A stretch of 64,000 nt of DNA from Fibrobacterota bacterium. Its GTDB lineage: Bacteria; Fibrobacterota; Fibrobacteria; UBA11236. The first letter of the stretch is position 1. The number at the start of each line of letters is the position of its first letter. The notes below the pieces were generated by a model, which saw only the letters and a list, made by a program, of their open reading frames with translations, was not told the origin of the DNA and did not search any database. The position numbers and the translations under genes were made by a program. Positions 15,345-23,992 of the stretch are shown here, piece after piece. The DNA lies in NCBI GenBank assembly GCA_028287465.1, contig JAQBPO010000003.1:12912-76911 (forward strand). Direction: 5' to 3'.

Positions 15345-17609
15345 CTAAATGGCGACCCGCTTCACCGCCTGGAAACCGGCCACCTTGATTTTCATCAGGT
15401 AGACGCCGGTACGCACGAGGGAGGCGTCTATATCGATGCTCCCCGATACGGAGCGCGGATTCCAACGGCCTGCGCGTTTACCCGCCAGGTCGAAGAGTTC
15501 GACTTCCGCCGGCATCCCCGGATTCAGTCCCGGAATCCTCACCGTCACCATTCCGTTGCGCGTCCGTTCGATGCGCCAGGAGGCGGGGTCGGAAAGGCCC
15601 GCCACCTTGGCCGCGATGGAAGACGGATCGGGTTTGTAACCGCCATCGTAATTCGGGATCACATCGGTCAGGCGGGCATTGGAGATTCTTGGCACCCCGG
15701 AGTCGCTGAAGGAACCGCCCAGGGTATCCTTTTGCAGGGAGAGCAGGCTTGCCCAGCGATCCACGAATCCGAATACCGGACCCAGGGGCAGTTCCTTCTT
15801 CTCCGAAAAGGCGGAACCGGAGCCGGCCCATAGGAGCGCGATGGCCGTATCCCGCGCGTGCTCGATGATGGTGGGCTTGGTCTTGACGGAGCCGACGGCT
15901 TTGCCATCCCCATCGTAGGCTTCCCATTCCAGGGAGTCGAGCCATGGGGAATCGGACTTCCCGTGGAAGGTCAGGTTACCGCAATTGTAGGCCATGCCCC
16001 CGTCGCAAGCGATGCTGAAATCGTAGGACTTCGAGGCATTGCGAACGACGACGTTCAGGTTCACCCGGGGAAGTATGGGCAACTCGCCCCAAGGGGTAAA
16101 GCTCGTCGCCCCCTCGTAATGATGATCCCGATGCGCCTGCCAAAGGTTGAAACCCGCCTGGGAGAACGGCCAATCCCCGAAAGCGGCCACGGAAACGGGA
16201 TCCTTGGCGAAGACGGAATCGAAAGCCGCATTCATATCCGTCTCGGCGGAGGCGTAATCGGACCCCGCAGTCAGCATGACCAGGTAGCGAGTCGTCCCGC
16301 TCTCGGCCGAGTACAATGATTTCACGATATGGAGGTCGGAAACGAACCGGTTCTTGCCCGTCTTTATGGCCGTGCTCACGTTTCCGGGTTTGGAACCTTT
16401 CGGCGGGATCATATTGCGCGCGAATTCGGCGGGGTAGGCTCCTTGCACGCTACGAAGGTATTCCACCGCGGCGGTATATTCCGGCTGTCCCCGGGTGGAG
16501 GCCTTGAATACATGCGGTTCCGATTTCGAATCGTCGTGCAGCAATCCGAGCTTGGTGCCCGCTCCTCCGACGGCATTGTACATTTCCAGGATCGAAGCGG
16601 CTTGGGATTGCGCCTGGTAAACGGTTTCCATATCCACGCCGTAATTCCCTTCATGGATCCACGCGCCGGGATTCTGCCACTTCCAGAATACGACCACCTC
16701 GGTTTTCCGGTTCAATCCCTGGAGGACATCATCGGTCACGCTGGTATAGAGATTGAGGTAATTGCCGGCCATCTGGCCGTCCGGGAAGGTGGTCTTAAGC
16801 ATCACCTGGCGCAGGGGGTCGACGGGCAGGATTCGAACGCCCGGATTATAGACCCAGCCCATCCAGGGATCGTACCCGGCGGTCAGGGAAAAGTCGGCAG
16901 GCAACATCAAGCGGGTGCGCGGGAGGGTCATCTGGGTCTTTACGCCCTGGCTCGTGACCAGGATGGCCTTGCCGATATCGGTTCCGCTCCGGAAGGTCAC
17001 GGAAACCTGGGCCGGGGACGAAGGAAAAAGGGGAGCGATGGCGGCCCGCAAGGACATCTCGATACCGTCCGCGCCTATGACCGGAGGCAACTGGTAGCGA
17101 AGGCGGATGCGGCGGGAATGGCCCAGGTCCACCGGGTAAATCTTGAATCGGTAGGTATCCTTCGCGATGAGTTCCAGGATGAGCGGATCCCTGGGCCGGG
17201 CGGGGGGCGTGGGATTCCTGTCCACGATTTCCTCATAAAGGCTGTCCGCGATCCGGCGGTCCAACAGCTTGCCTTGCAGGATCCTGTCCCCGTCCCATAG
17301 AAGCGCGCCTACGATGGCCGTGCCCGCGGGCATGGAAAAAGTGCCGGTGATTTCCAGGGTTTTCGGATCCGCACCGGCTTCGACGGCGCCCAGGACCGAG
17401 ATTTCCGCATCCTCCTCCACTTCCAGGTATGCCGGAAAGATGCTGACGCGCATCGCGCTGCTTTCCAGGCCGCAAGTCCCGGAGCCGGAACCGGTTCCCG
17501 ACCCGAGGGCATGGGTGGTCTGCCAGGAAACCTGGGCGTTAACCCCTGTCGCGGACAATATCGCGGCCAGGATGGCGGCTTTCGTTCTCAACCCGTTCTT
17601 ACCCATCAT
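15345..17609 (-). CDS. secreted protein with VIT-like N-terminal region, ~196-aa insert and T9SS-type C-terminal sorting tail
   Basis: Strong RBS AGAAGGAG and signal peptide ..AAILSATGVNA/Q. The N-terminal ~290 aa are collinear with 17767..19443. The C-terminus ..LVRTGVYLMKIKVAGFQAVKRVAI resembles Por-secretion tails. The VIT call is tentative. Confidence 0.75.
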   Translation of the reverse strand: MMGKNGLRTKAAILAAILSATGVNAQVSWQTTHALGSGTGSGSGTCGLESSAMRVSIFPAYLEVEEDAEISVLGAVEAGADPKTLEITGTFSMPAGTAIVGALLWDGDRILQGKLLDRRIADSLYEEIVDRNPTPPARPRDPLILELIAKDTYRFKIYPVDLGHSRRIRLRYQLPPVIGADGIEMSLRAAIAPLFPSSPAQVSVTFRSGTDIGKAILVTSQGVKTQMTLPRTRLMLPADFSLTAGYDPWMGWVYNPGVRILPVDPLRQVMLKTTFPDGQMAGNYLNLYTSVTDDVLQGLNRKTEVVVFWKWQNPGAWIHEGNYGVDMETVYQAQSQAASILEMYNAVGGAGTKLGLLHDDSKSEPHVFKASTRGQPEYTAAVEYLRSVQGAYPAEFARNMIPPKGSKPGNVSTAIKTGKNRFVSDLHIVKSLYSAESGTTRYLVMLTAGSDYASAETDMNAAFDSVFAKDPVSVAAFGDWPFSQAGFNLWQAHRDHHYEGATSFTPWGELPILPRVNLNVVVRNASKSYDFSIACDGGMAYNCGNLTFHGKSDSPWLDSLEWEAYDGDGKAVGSVKTKPTIIEHARDTAIALLWAGSGSAFSEKKELPLGPVFGFVDRWASLLSLQKDTLGGSFSDSGVPRISNARLTDVIPNYDGGYKPDPSSIAAKVAGLSDPASWRIERTRNGMVTVRIPGLNPGMPAEVELFDLAGKRAGRWNPRSVSGSIDIDASLVRTGVYLMKIKVAGFQAVKRVAI

Positions 17610-17766
17610 CGACTCCTTCTACCGTTTTCGCGCATAACCAATCTAGGCATAATATGGACGAATGAGCGGAACCGGGATGATACCCCGGGTATCCGGAAAA
17701 TACGCGGGCGGCCCCCCGAACCGGGAACCGCCAAGGGCATCCAGACCGGTTTTCAAACCGGAAAGT

Positions 17767-19443
17767 TCAAAGGATGACGCGTTTTACAGTCGATTTTCCG
17801 GCGATCCGGATTTTCACGAGGTAAATGCCTGGGCGCACAGCGGCAGAGGAAAGAGTGAGGGCTCCTCCCTCCGACCGCGGCGCCCAGTTCCCGGCGAGTT
17901 TCCCCGCCAGGTCATATAATTCCACCACCGCGGTTATGCCCTGGCCCAAGCCCGGGATCCGGACGATGAATCCGCCCTGCATGCGCTCCACCCGCCAGGA
18001 GGACGGATCTCCCAGGGAACCGAATCCCACGGCTGCGATGGCGGTATTGCCGGTGTTACCGGGATTCCCCGGATTGTTCGGGACCTGGCCTTCCTCATAG
18101 TTGGGGATCACGTCCTGGATGCTGTTGTTGGCGATGCGGGGCACCCCGTTCTCGTTGTAGAAGGCCAACATGGCGTTGCCCACGGAATCCTGCGGCAGGG
18201 ACAACAGGCTGGCCCATTGGTCCACGAATCCGAACACGGGTCCCAGGGGCAGCTCTTTCTTCTCGGAGTAATTCGATTCCGCTGCGGCCCAGAGGACCGC
18301 GGTCCCGGTATCCTGGGGCGTTTCATAAACCATGGATTTGACTCGCGCACGGGCCAGCAATTTCCCTGCGGCATTGAACGCCTCCCAATCAAGGGTATCG
18401 TTCCAGACCGCATCGGACTTGCCTTGGAAGACCAGGCTTCCGCAACCCACGGCCAATCCGCCCTCGCAGGTTACGGGGATATCGTACGAGCGCTTGGCAT
18501 TGCGCACCACAACGGCCAGGCTGGAGGCGCTGGCGATATTGAGGCCCTTCAACACCTCCTGGGAAACCGTTGCGTACAGGTTCAGGTAATTCCCCGCCAT
18601 CTGGCCCGCGCTGAAGGCGGTTTTGACCGCGGCCTGGCGGACAGGGATGATCGGCAGGATGCCGATTCCGGGACTCGTCGAAAGGTGCCCCCATACGTCC
18701 CAACCGTTGCCGGAATCGCCCAGTTCGGATGCCGTCAGCAGCCGGGTGCGCGGCAGGGTCATTTCCATGCGCGTCCCGCTGACCATGGAGAATATCGCCT
18801 TGGGAACTTTGCCCCCGTTTTCGAAGGTGACGGGAATCTGGAGAGGCGAACCCGGGAACAGGGAAGCGATCGCGGCCTTCAAAGGCATCTGCAAACCTTC
18901 GGGACCGGAGGATGGGGGCAGTTGGTAACGAAGGCGCAGGTGCCGCGTGTACCCCAGGGTTACCGGATAGATTTTGAAACGATACGCGCCTGGTCCGGTA
19001 CGCTCCAGGATCAACGGATCCCGCGGACGCGGCGGCGGCGTGGAATTGCGGTCCACGAGGGATTCGTAAAGGCTGTCCGCAATCCCCCGATCCAGGAGCT
19101 TGCCCTGTAGGATGGTTCCCCCGTCCCAAAGCAAAGCGCCCGTGATGGCCGATCCCGCCGGCAGCCCGATGGTGCCGACGATTTCCAGGCTCTTCCCATC
19201 GTTCCCAGCCCCCACGGTTCCCACCACCCCGATCTCCACGTCTTCTTCGATATCCAGAAAGGCCGGATTCACCCGGACCCGGATGGACGCGCTGGCCAGG
19301 TTGCACATGCCCGAATTGTAGCCGCCTCCTTCGTTCTTGGTATGGGTGGTCTGCCACATGATCTGGCTATGGGCGCAGGCCGCAAGGCCCAACATGAGCG
19401 CCCCCAGGCGCGCCATCCGGATATTGAATATGCCTGTTCCCAT
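17767..19443 (-). CDS. paralog of 15345..17609 lacking the central insert; T9SS-type C-terminal tail
   Basis: Signal peptide ..LGLAACAHS/Q. Shared blocks include LLWDG..ILQGKLLDR.IADSLYE, PRPRDPLILE, RLRYQLPP and EKKELPLGPVFGFVD.WASLLSL. The tail reads ..VRPGIYLVKIRIAGKSTVKRVIL. Confidence 0.75.
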   Translation of the reverse strand: MGTGIFNIRMARLGALMLGLAACAHSQIMWQTTHTKNEGGGYNSGMCNLASASIRVRVNPAFLDIEEDVEIGVVGTVGAGNDGKSLEIVGTIGLPAGSAITGALLWDGGTILQGKLLDRGIADSLYESLVDRNSTPPPRPRDPLILERTGPGAYRFKIYPVTLGYTRHLRLRYQLPPSSGPEGLQMPLKAAIASLFPGSPLQIPVTFENGGKVPKAIFSMVSGTRMEMTLPRTRLLTASELGDSGNGWDVWGHLSTSPGIGILPIIPVRQAAVKTAFSAGQMAGNYLNLYATVSQEVLKGLNIASASSLAVVVRNAKRSYDIPVTCEGGLAVGCGSLVFQGKSDAVWNDTLDWEAFNAAGKLLARARVKSMVYETPQDTGTAVLWAAAESNYSEKKELPLGPVFGFVDQWASLLSLPQDSVGNAMLAFYNENGVPRIANNSIQDVIPNYEEGQVPNNPGNPGNTGNTAIAAVGFGSLGDPSSWRVERMQGGFIVRIPGLGQGITAVVELYDLAGKLAGNWAPRSEGGALTLSSAAVRPGIYLVKIRIAGKSTVKRVIL

Positions 19444-19823
19444 GCTCTCTCCCTTTTCCTTGAAGCTCCCCTGCCGAAGAGCCGTTCCATCCCCCTGCCG
19501 GGGACATGCGTGCGTTACCCCTGCCCGGATATGGGAAGGATACGGGATTGGAACGCAAAAGCCATGCCCGGACGGGAAAGGTGGGTCCGATCGAAGCGGA
19601 TCCCGGGAATCCGGTTTATTCGGGGAAATTCGCCTTGGCGGCCGCGGACCTGGAAGTCCGGGATACGTTCAAAATTTGGGGGATGCCGCTCAGACTTTGA
19701 TCACCGGACGGCGGTCGCGACCCGGGGAAAAGGAAAGGGAACCATGGGTATGGCGGTCAGACGGAAACGGCGGAAGACCCGGGCATCCTCAGGGAAGGCC
19801 CGGGCAGCCGTCGGAAAACCGGA

Positions 19824-20831
19824 TCAATCCAGGAGATGCCCGTGCATCACCAGGTGGTCGACCTTGAACAGCTTCACGAAAATGGCGACGCGCATCCACA
19901 TCCCGTTACGCTCCTGGCGCCAGTATTTCGCGCGGGGATCCGAATCCACGTCCGGATGGATTTCGTCCCGCCTGGGAAGGGGATGCATGATGACCGCATG
20001 GGGCTTCATGTGCTTCAGATGGGGTACCCCGAGCTTGTAGGCGGAAATGTCCACCTTCTTGGATTCGCCGTTCTTATCGTGCTCGTCCTGGATGCGCGTG
20101 ATGTAGATGGCGTCCAATTGGGGCAGAACGGACTGCAGGTCCTTGGTCTCCTGGTACTGCACACCGTGGGCCTGGAGGCTCTTCTTGATGTCCTCGCCCA
20201 TGGCGAAATCGTCCGGGGCGATGAAGATGAGCTTCACGTTGCGGTAGTTCTTCATCAGGTAGCAGAGGGAGCGGACGGTACGGCCGCGCTTCAGGTCCCC
20301 CATCATGCCTATGGTCTTCCCGTCGATGCCGCCGATTTCCTTGAAGCTGCGCTCCAGGGTGTAGATGTCCAGCAAGGCCTGGGTCGGATGCTGATCCTTG
20401 CCGCTGCCGGCGTTGATGATGGGCACGCGCCGTTGGATGGTGTCGAAAAGCGCCGCCGCGTTCTCGGCCAGGCCTTCCTCGTTGGTGCGCATGACCACGA
20501 CGTCCACGTAGGAACTGAAGGTGCGCAAGCTGTCCAGAAGGCTCTCGCCCTTGACCTCCGAGGAGGTGGTGGAATCGCGGATTTCGCTGGTCTGGATGCC
20601 CAGGATCTGGCAGGCGTTATTGAAGGAAAGGAAGGTGCGCGTGGAGGGTTGGGTGAAGTACAGCATGGCCCGCTTATGGGCCAACAGGCCCCGCAGGTAA
20701 AGCAACCCCTCCTTGGTCTTGGCGAATTTCCGGATGGCCGTGGTCAGCTCGCAGAGTTCGTCCAGGATGGCTCGGTCGAATTGCTGGGTCCTGAGGATGT
20801 GGAAGAACTCGGGTTTGGGCTGTCTTTCCAT
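19824..20831 (-). CDS. pyrB: aspartate carbamoyltransferase catalytic subunit-like
   Basis: STRT, MRTN, HPTQALLD, GDLKRGRTVRS, TRIQ and HPLPR motifs appear in ATCase order (HPLP rather than the OTCase HCLP). The usual second Arg of STRTR is Phe here. Confidence 0.8.
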   Translation of the reverse strand: MERQPKPEFFHILRTQQFDRAILDELCELTTAIRKFAKTKEGLLYLRGLLAHKRAMLYFTQPSTRTFLSFNNACQILGIQTSEIRDSTTSSEVKGESLLDSLRTFSSYVDVVVMRTNEEGLAENAAALFDTIQRRVPIINAGSGKDQHPTQALLDIYTLERSFKEIGGIDGKTIGMMGDLKRGRTVRSLCYLMKNYRNVKLIFIAPDDFAMGEDIKKSLQAHGVQYQETKDLQSVLPQLDAIYITRIQDEHDKNGESKKVDISAYKLGVPHLKHMKPHAVIMHPLPRRDEIHPDVDSDPRAKYWRQERNGMWMRVAIFVKLFKVDHLVMHGHLLD

Positions 20832-20933
20832 GATTCTCCGGGAGCCCGGGGCCGGAGCCCCAGGGTTGGTTCGGGGGGGAAAGATAATAAAAGGAAGGGG
20901 CTATTTCCTGCCGCCGGAACCTGGTCCCGGATC

Positions 20934-22463
20934 CTACTCCTGGACGTAGGTCCCAAGGTTGATTTTGGAGAATCCCTTGCCATCGTAGGTGAGTTGGATG
21001 CGGGTTTCCGAATTCCCTTCGACTTCGACGGTTTCCAGGTGGACCGGCCTATCCCAAAGGGAAAACACGTGCCTCAAGGTCTGGCGGGCGTATTCCTCTT
21101 CCAGGGTCAGGCCGTCGTAGAAATGCCTCAGGTAGAGCTCGCGCTTTCCGCCGTAATCGCCGTCCGTCACCTTGATCAGGGGTACGCCGGAATGGGCGAA
21201 GGAACGGACGACCAGGTCCTTGATCGTCGACCAATTGGTCTCTTCGACCGTGAATTCCTCGACGTTCCCCTGTTGCTTGGAACCGAAGATGTAGAGTTCG
21301 GACTCCTCCACCACCTGGCGGTTCATGAATTCGTCGAGGAAGAACCAGTCCATATGGGTGCGGCGCACCTCGAAGATCTTCTCCATCCCCTTGCCTACGT
21401 TCAGGTCGATATTCCATTTGTCCGGGGACTCGCTCCGCTCCCATTCCGGGCCGAACTGGCCGGCATTGTAGCGCTTCTCGATGTTCAGGAAGGTCTTGAT
21501 GCCCAGGAGGTAGGGATTGAGGCCGAAGGGGTTGCTGGCCAGCACGCGGGCATTGTACAGATTGTAATAGCCGTGCTCTTCGGGCGACAGGAAGCCGTCC
21601 TGGAAAAGGCGGGACATGATGCGCATATGCCAGAAGGAGGCCCAGCCCTCGTTCATGACCTTGGTCTTCCGCTGGGGCATGAAATAGATGGACTGATCGC
21701 GGACCACGCTGAGAACGTCCAGCTCCCATTCCTCGAATCCCCGCGGGGCATGGCGCATGATGAATCCCATCATGTCCGCGTCCGGCTCGGCCGGGATCTT
21801 CTTCTTGGCCTTGCGGGCCTCCTCGCGTTTCTCCTCGAAGCTCTTGCTCGTCAATTGCCCGTCGAAATCGAACAGATCGCCGAACGGGCTCCCCACCCTG
21901 GGAATGCGCTTCTTCGGGTCCGGGCTCTCGGGCTGGATGGCGCTTTCCTGGAACAGGTCGGCCTCGATATGCATCTGGATGGCCTGGGCCGCGTCGATGA
22001 GGCGCTCCACCTCGTCTATGCCGTAGTCCTCTTCGTACTTGCGAAGCCGCCCGGCGGCCTCGCTGGCGGAAGTGAGCATGTCCCGGCGGGTGCGGCCGAA
22101 ATAGATGTTGTTCTTCATGAAATCGTTGTGGCCGTAGACGTGGGCCATCACCAGCACCTGGATGGGGTACGGATTGGTCTTCATCAGGAAGGCCCGGGAG
22201 GGGTTGGAGTTGAGAACCACCTCGTAAGGGATGCCTCCGCTGTATTCGTACTGGGTGCGCTGCTTCTCGTAATCGCGCCCGAAGGACCAATGGGAATAAT
22301 TGACGGGAAGGTTATAGGACATGATCTCCAGCATCTTCTGCGCCGGGATCACGTCGAACTCCTGCGGGAAGCAGTCCAGGCCGTATTCGGCGACCACCTT
22401 CTGGATGTGGTTGTCGGCCCGGACGAGCCGCTTGACGTCGTCTTTTTCCCTGCTGTCGCTCAT
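20934..22463 (-). CDS. spoVR: SpoVR/YcgB-family protein
   Basis: MSDSREKDD..EYGLD.FPQEFDVI..MLE..SY.LP..YSHWSFG..AHVYGHNDFMKNN matches the SpoVR family. ATG 22463 overlaps the yeaH stop (ATGA). Track ORF 20934..23222 is an over-extension. Confidence 0.9.
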   Translation of the reverse strand: MSDSREKDDVKRLVRADNHIQKVVAEYGLDCFPQEFDVIPAQKMLEIMSYNLPVNYSHWSFGRDYEKQRTQYEYSGGIPYEVVLNSNPSRAFLMKTNPYPIQVLVMAHVYGHNDFMKNNIYFGRTRRDMLTSASEAAGRLRKYEEDYGIDEVERLIDAAQAIQMHIEADLFQESAIQPESPDPKKRIPRVGSPFGDLFDFDGQLTSKSFEEKREEARKAKKKIPAEPDADMMGFIMRHAPRGFEEWELDVLSVVRDQSIYFMPQRKTKVMNEGWASFWHMRIMSRLFQDGFLSPEEHGYYNLYNARVLASNPFGLNPYLLGIKTFLNIEKRYNAGQFGPEWERSESPDKWNIDLNVGKGMEKIFEVRRTHMDWFFLDEFMNRQVVEESELYIFGSKQQGNVEEFTVEETNWSTIKDLVVRSFAHSGVPLIKVTDGDYGGKRELYLRHFYDGLTLEEEYARQTLRHVFSLWDRPVHLETVEVEGNSETRIQLTYDGKGFSKINLGTYVQE

Positions 22464-23815
22464 ATCCGCTTTTCCTTGGAGAAGAAGACCTTGAGGGCCG
22501 GATAGACATGGCCCTTGTTCTTCAGGATGACGCCCGCCAACGGCAATTCCGCCCGCTGGGCCAGGTAATATTCGAAGTCCGAGTCCCGATAGGAGGTATA
22601 ACGCTCGAGGCTGAAGGACTCCTCGAAATTGCGCATCAGCTGCTGGCCGTACGCCACCTCCGTGCGGATTTCCCCGTAGCCCACCATGTTCGGGCTCTTT
22701 TCCATCAGGCGCTTCACGCTCAGCATGGTCTTGGCCGGATCCCAGTCCTCGCCGTCCGAGAAGTGGAACGCGTAGATGTTCCATTTGGACGGGGGGTAGT
22801 CCGTATCGACGAGCTGGCAGGCCAGGTCGTACGCGGACGCGCAGATGGTCCCGCCCGATTCGCCCTTGTGGAAGAACTCGTCCTCGTCCACGAGCTTGGC
22901 CTCGGAGGTATGCGCGATGAAGCGGATCTCGACGTTGCGGTACTTGTGCTTGAGGAACTCGACCATCCAGAAGAAGAAGCTGCGGGCCAGGTATTTCTTG
23001 GTGGTAGACATGGATCCCGAAACGTCCATCATCGCCAGGATGACGGCATTGCTGTGGGATTCCACGTTCTCCTTGGGAACGCGGTAGCGCAAGTCGCCAT
23101 GCTGGATGAATGGCTTGAGCTTGTCCTCCTGATCTTCCAGCTCCGCCCCCGGGTCCTCCTTCTGCAGGAGCTCCAAGGCCTTCTGGTAATCGCCCTTGAA
23201 CTTGTTCAGGGCCTTCTGGCACATCTCCATGGGCCTGCCGGTCTTCTCGGCCAGCCTGGACACGGAATCGGCCGCGCGCTTGATGGCGTTCTTGAAGCTG
23301 CGCTTCTTGTCCAGGTTGGGCTTGAGTCCGTGCTTCTCCACGTCCTCGAAGCTCCAGCCCGAAGGCACCACGGTCTCGGCTATCTCCTTCTTCCGCAGGT
23401 CCGGGAGCTGGAGATCGTCCATCATCATCTGGATCAGCTCCTCGATGTCGACTTCCGTCTCCATGTAATCCTCGCCCGCCGCGTCCGCGGGCTTTCCGCC
23501 TTTCCCCGGACCGTCGCCCTCGCCATTAGGGGCGGGACGCCGCCCTATCACGTCGCCCTTGTCCTTCTTGCCGTGGCCGAGGCCGTAGCCTCCCCCGCCC
23601 TCTCCGCCCTTGCGCTTTCCGTAGATGAACTGGTAGCTCTTGATGCCCCGGATGGGGATCTTGACCGTCTGCCCCTTCTTCCGGGAAATGATGCTCTCTT
23701 CCGATATCACGTCGGCGATATTCTCGCGGATGCTGTCCTTGATCTTCTTCTGGTGGCGCGCGACGTCTTCCTGGCCGCGCTTGGAGAAGTCCCAATCGAC
23801 TTGATTGACGGTCAT
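22460..23815 (-). CDS. yeaH: YeaH/DUF444-family protein (vWA-like)
   Basis: MTVNQVDWDFSKRGQEDVARHQKKIKD..IPIRGIKSYQFIYG.. is typical of YeaH. RBS GAGGAG lies 7 nt before ATG 23815. 451 aa. Confidence 0.9.
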   Translation of the reverse strand: MTVNQVDWDFSKRGQEDVARHQKKIKDSIRENIADVISEESIISRKKGQTVKIPIRGIKSYQFIYGKRKGGEGGGGYGLGHGKKDKGDVIGRRPAPNGEGDGPGKGGKPADAAGEDYMETEVDIEELIQMMMDDLQLPDLRKKEIAETVVPSGWSFEDVEKHGLKPNLDKKRSFKNAIKRAADSVSRLAEKTGRPMEMCQKALNKFKGDYQKALELLQKEDPGAELEDQEDKLKPFIQHGDLRYRVPKENVESHSNAVILAMMDVSGSMSTTKKYLARSFFFWMVEFLKHKYRNVEIRFIAHTSEAKLVDEDEFFHKGESGGTICASAYDLACQLVDTDYPPSKWNIYAFHFSDGEDWDPAKTMLSVKRLMEKSPNMVGYGEIRTEVAYGQQLMRNFEESFSLERYTSYRDSDFEYYLAQRAELPLAGVILKNKGHVYPALKVFFSKEKRI

Positions 23816-23865
23816 AGGAGAACTCCTCTGGACGGAAGGTGGTTGCCGGTAGCCGGGGGCCAGGG

Positions 23866-23910
23866 GCAAAAGGAAAAGAAAAAGCCCACCCGATCTGGAA
23901 TCGGCTGGGC
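23866..23910 (-). terminator. intrinsic terminator/attenuator between prkA and yeaH
   Basis: On the minus strand: GCCCAGCCGAT-TCCAG-ATCGGGTGGGC (10 of 11 bp paired) followed by TTTTTCTTTTCCTTTT, 82 nt after the prkA stop. Confidence 0.6.
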
Positions 23911-23992
23911 CTCGGAACCGCGCTGTTTGCCTTTATCCTGCTCCCGGCCCCCGGCTACCGGCTCCCGGCAAAATCCGAGCGGCCTCACCGGA

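Noticed and set aside
17745-17762. CCGGTTT-TC-AAACCGG palindrome after the 17767..19443 gene as a terminator
   Set aside because: The loop is too small for the full stem, and no U-tract follows on the coding (minus) strand.
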